From Takakia lepidozioides (lineage: Eukaryota; Plantae; Bryophyta): a DNA stretch of 64,000 nucleotides. Positions 61,590 through 64,000 of the stretch are shown here, in pieces. Location: positions 14,136,001-14,200,000 of the forward strand of contig CM060733.1 in NCBI GenBank assembly GCA_030704615.1, written 5' to 3'. A program made the translations under genes and the position numbers. The number at the start of each line of letters is the position of its first letter. Position 1 is the first letter of the stretch. The notes beneath the pieces were generated by a model. The model was not told the DNA's origin. It searched no databases and saw only the letters and a program-made list of their open reading frames with translations.

Positions 61590-62530
61590 GAAATCAAAGC
61601 AAAAGTCGTCGTCGTCGACGATCACGACATCTACCCAAATGCACCAAAAAAAAGAAAAATACCTCAAAATTCAGAGCAGAAGTGATGATCATCAACGATC
61701 ATGACATCTACCCAAATGCCTGCAAAAAAATAAAAAATAAAACCTAAAAATTAAAAACTAAACTAAACTCAGAAATTAGAGCAAAAGTGATGATCGTCAA
61801 TAATCATGACGTCTACTAAAATGCCAAACAAAAATAAAACCTAAAAAACCAGAACATCTTGACAACTATCCAAATGTTGGCGAAAATTTATTTTTAAAAA
61901 AAAATCCAATATCAGAGCTGAAGTAATGATCATCGACGATCATAACTACCCAAATGTCAGCAAAATAAAACTCAAAAATCAAAGCAGAAATGACGATCAT
62001 TACATCTACCCAAATGTCAGCCAAAAAAAAAAAAAAACTCAAAAATCAGAACAGAAATGATGATCGTCGATGATCATCACGACATCTACCCAAATATAAA
62101 AATATAAAAATGAAATAAAATAAAAACTCAAAAACAGAGCGGAAGTGATAATCGTCGACAATCATGACATCTACCCAAATGTCGGCCAAAACAAAAAAAA
62201 AACAAAAACTCAAAAATCAGAGGAGAAATGATAATCATCGACGATCATCCTGACATTTATCTAAATACAATTTTTTTGAAATAAAATAAAATAAAATAAA
62301 AACTCAAAAGCAGAGCGGAAGTGGTGATTGTTGACGATCATGACATCTACCCAAATGTCGGCCCACAAATAATTTATTTTTTATTTTTATTTTTAACTCA
62401 AAAATCAGAGCAGAAGTGATGATCGTCGACGATCGTGATATCTATCCAAATGCCGCATTTAAAAAGAAAACACCCAAAAATCAGAGCAGAAATGATGATG
62501 GCTATCATCATGACATCTATCCAAATCAAA
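61590..62530 (+). repeat. Array of ~12 palindromic ~47-bp units with variable A-rich spacers
   Basis: Consensus CAGAGCAGAAGTGATGATCGTCGACGATCATGACATCTACCCAAATG; core ATGATCGTCGACGATCAT is a perfect 18-bp palindrome. Confidence 0.92.
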
Positions 62531-64000
62531 AATATAATAAAATATAAAATTGGTTAAAATCAGAGCCCAAATGTAGGATTCGCTATCCGAAGTCGCTTCA
62601 TAAAGCCAGAAAGGAGCTGCTTTTGATGGTCATCCATTTCCTGTGTGATTGCCAATTCCACACCTTTCGTAATTACCATCTCCTCTAAGGTTGTTGCGTA
62701 ATACTCTACTTTTCTTCTCTCACATATATCAGCAATTTTTTTGCTGCAAAGAAAGGAACCATTGCAATGAATGCACATAAAAATATGTATATATCCTCGG
62801 AAATTGGGAAACAAAGTTTTTACAGAATGTATTTCTCTTCTGGATGTTACATATCTCCGTGGATATAGGTGTACACGGTATTAAGCCCAACATCTTCCAC
62901 AATTCTGGCGGGTAGACTGTGAGCCACATGGTGTGAGCTCGGGCTCACACGTTCACGGGGTCACGCTCATGTTCTAACATTCCCCCCTATGTCTTGAACA
63001 AATTTACATTATTTGGACCTATTAACCTTGATTATTATTCATAATTGAGAGGCGTATGGTAGCAACAAGAGAGGCGGTCCCTCTTTCTATGGCTTGTCTG
63101 GATTTCTCTTTCAGCACTCATTGTGGTGTAAACCATTTTGTCAATGATCATCTGCTCAATTTGTCATATGAGCCGTAAATTTTTCCAGATTTGTTGTAAA
63201 AAGCCCTGAGATAATGCAAGGCTCTGCTCAAGCTATGATGTCCTTTTACAGCTGCATAGATGGGAGGCTAGAGATGATAAGCAAACCAGTTGGTGTATTT
63301 TCCTCTTGTTTTTTATATCTTGAATGATCATGGTCATTTTCTCCTTGCTTGATTTGCAATGTCGCTTTGTTATATTCAGTCTTAGGTTGTCCAACTGTCG
63401 CTTCAGAATCTTTGAATTTTTCTCTCCAATGATCTCATACGAATCTGTTGTCCAATAACCGAGTCTGCTAGGTATTTCAATGCAAATTCACTTTTCTCAT
63501 TGCTTACTCTTTGGAACATTGTAGTAAAAATTGTTTGCTTGTGCGTCATGATGTTGGATCTACATAAATCACTTCACAAAGTGCTATAACCCCCAACCTG
63601 TCACTATGGAAACTTAACAAACTACAACAATGGACAACAAAAACCCAAAGATCAAGAACAATTGTAAAATTGTTCATCCACATCAAATACGATCGAACAT
63701 CTATGAGGATGACTGTTCAATGAATTTAAGTTGCATGACAGAAATTTGTAGAAAACTTTTGGGCGGATTATCAAGATTAATATTTTTTTAAATATAAAAA
63801 ATATAAAATGACATTGAACCTTTTTTTTTTTAAAAATAAGTATTCCGGTAGAGGCTTGACGAACTGCATAGGCAAGTACGGCTATACCATTGTTATCTCC
63901 AACTCTATAATTGTATCATTACCAACTTTTACAACCCTGCTTCCCGCTTGACCTCTCTTTAGCCTTCCTTCTACAATATTCATTCCTGCATTGCAGATCT

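Larger units (their letters stand above)
51327..63686 (+). repeat. Right copy of large mosaic repeat (contains piggyBac B and ~1.4 kb extra at ~59995-61435)
   Basis: Reverse-complement match to 11239-18494 along its length; may continue past 63686, where the left copy is cut by an LTR. Confidence 0.92.

Noticed and set aside
61590-62530. CRISPR-like appearance of palindromic repeats with spacers (also 13130-13755)
   Set aside because: Spacers are low-complexity A-tracts of irregular length, repeats are degenerate, there are no cas genes and the context is eukaryotic.

Overview
Eukaryotic, intron-containing, transposon-dense DNA from a land plant, most likely a non-seed plant (inferred from the TE families and gene style). 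Host genes: an intact 5-exon 40S ribosomal protein S26 gene (37762-39440) and a head-to-head pair of 7-exon divergent ferritin-like genes (42744-44336 minus, 45364-46967 plus). The ferritin-like genes lack a transit peptide, have lost most ferroxidase-centre residues, carry a ~60-aa C-terminal extension, and share an ABRE-containing promoter. Mobile elements: (i) a decayed Ty3/gypsy chromovirus (2249-8611) with an apparently self-priming PBS, nested in the gag of a second chromovirus; (ii) two divergent piggyBac elements with TTAA TSDs (19005-37096 decayed; 55005-59146 with an intact 703-aa transposase), both carrying a conserved ~130-150-aa accessory ORF that overlaps the transposase start and a tRNA-T-arm/B-box-like hairpin 3' of the transposase; (iii) a 13.4-kb Mutator-like element (~400-bp TIRs, 9-bp TSD) nested in the first piggyBac, encoding a SWIM transposase and a Ulp1-type protease gene, saturated with an AGTCYG motif, and interrupted by a solo LTR; (iv) two inverted copies (11239-18494 and 51327-63686) of a mosaic repeat containing hAT, Crinkler-like, pogo-like and ParB-like fragments and a palindromic repeat array. 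The best candidates for undescribed biology are the two-gene piggyBacs, the pseudo-ferritin pair and the VANDAL-like MULE. All alignments were made by eye; no database searches were run.
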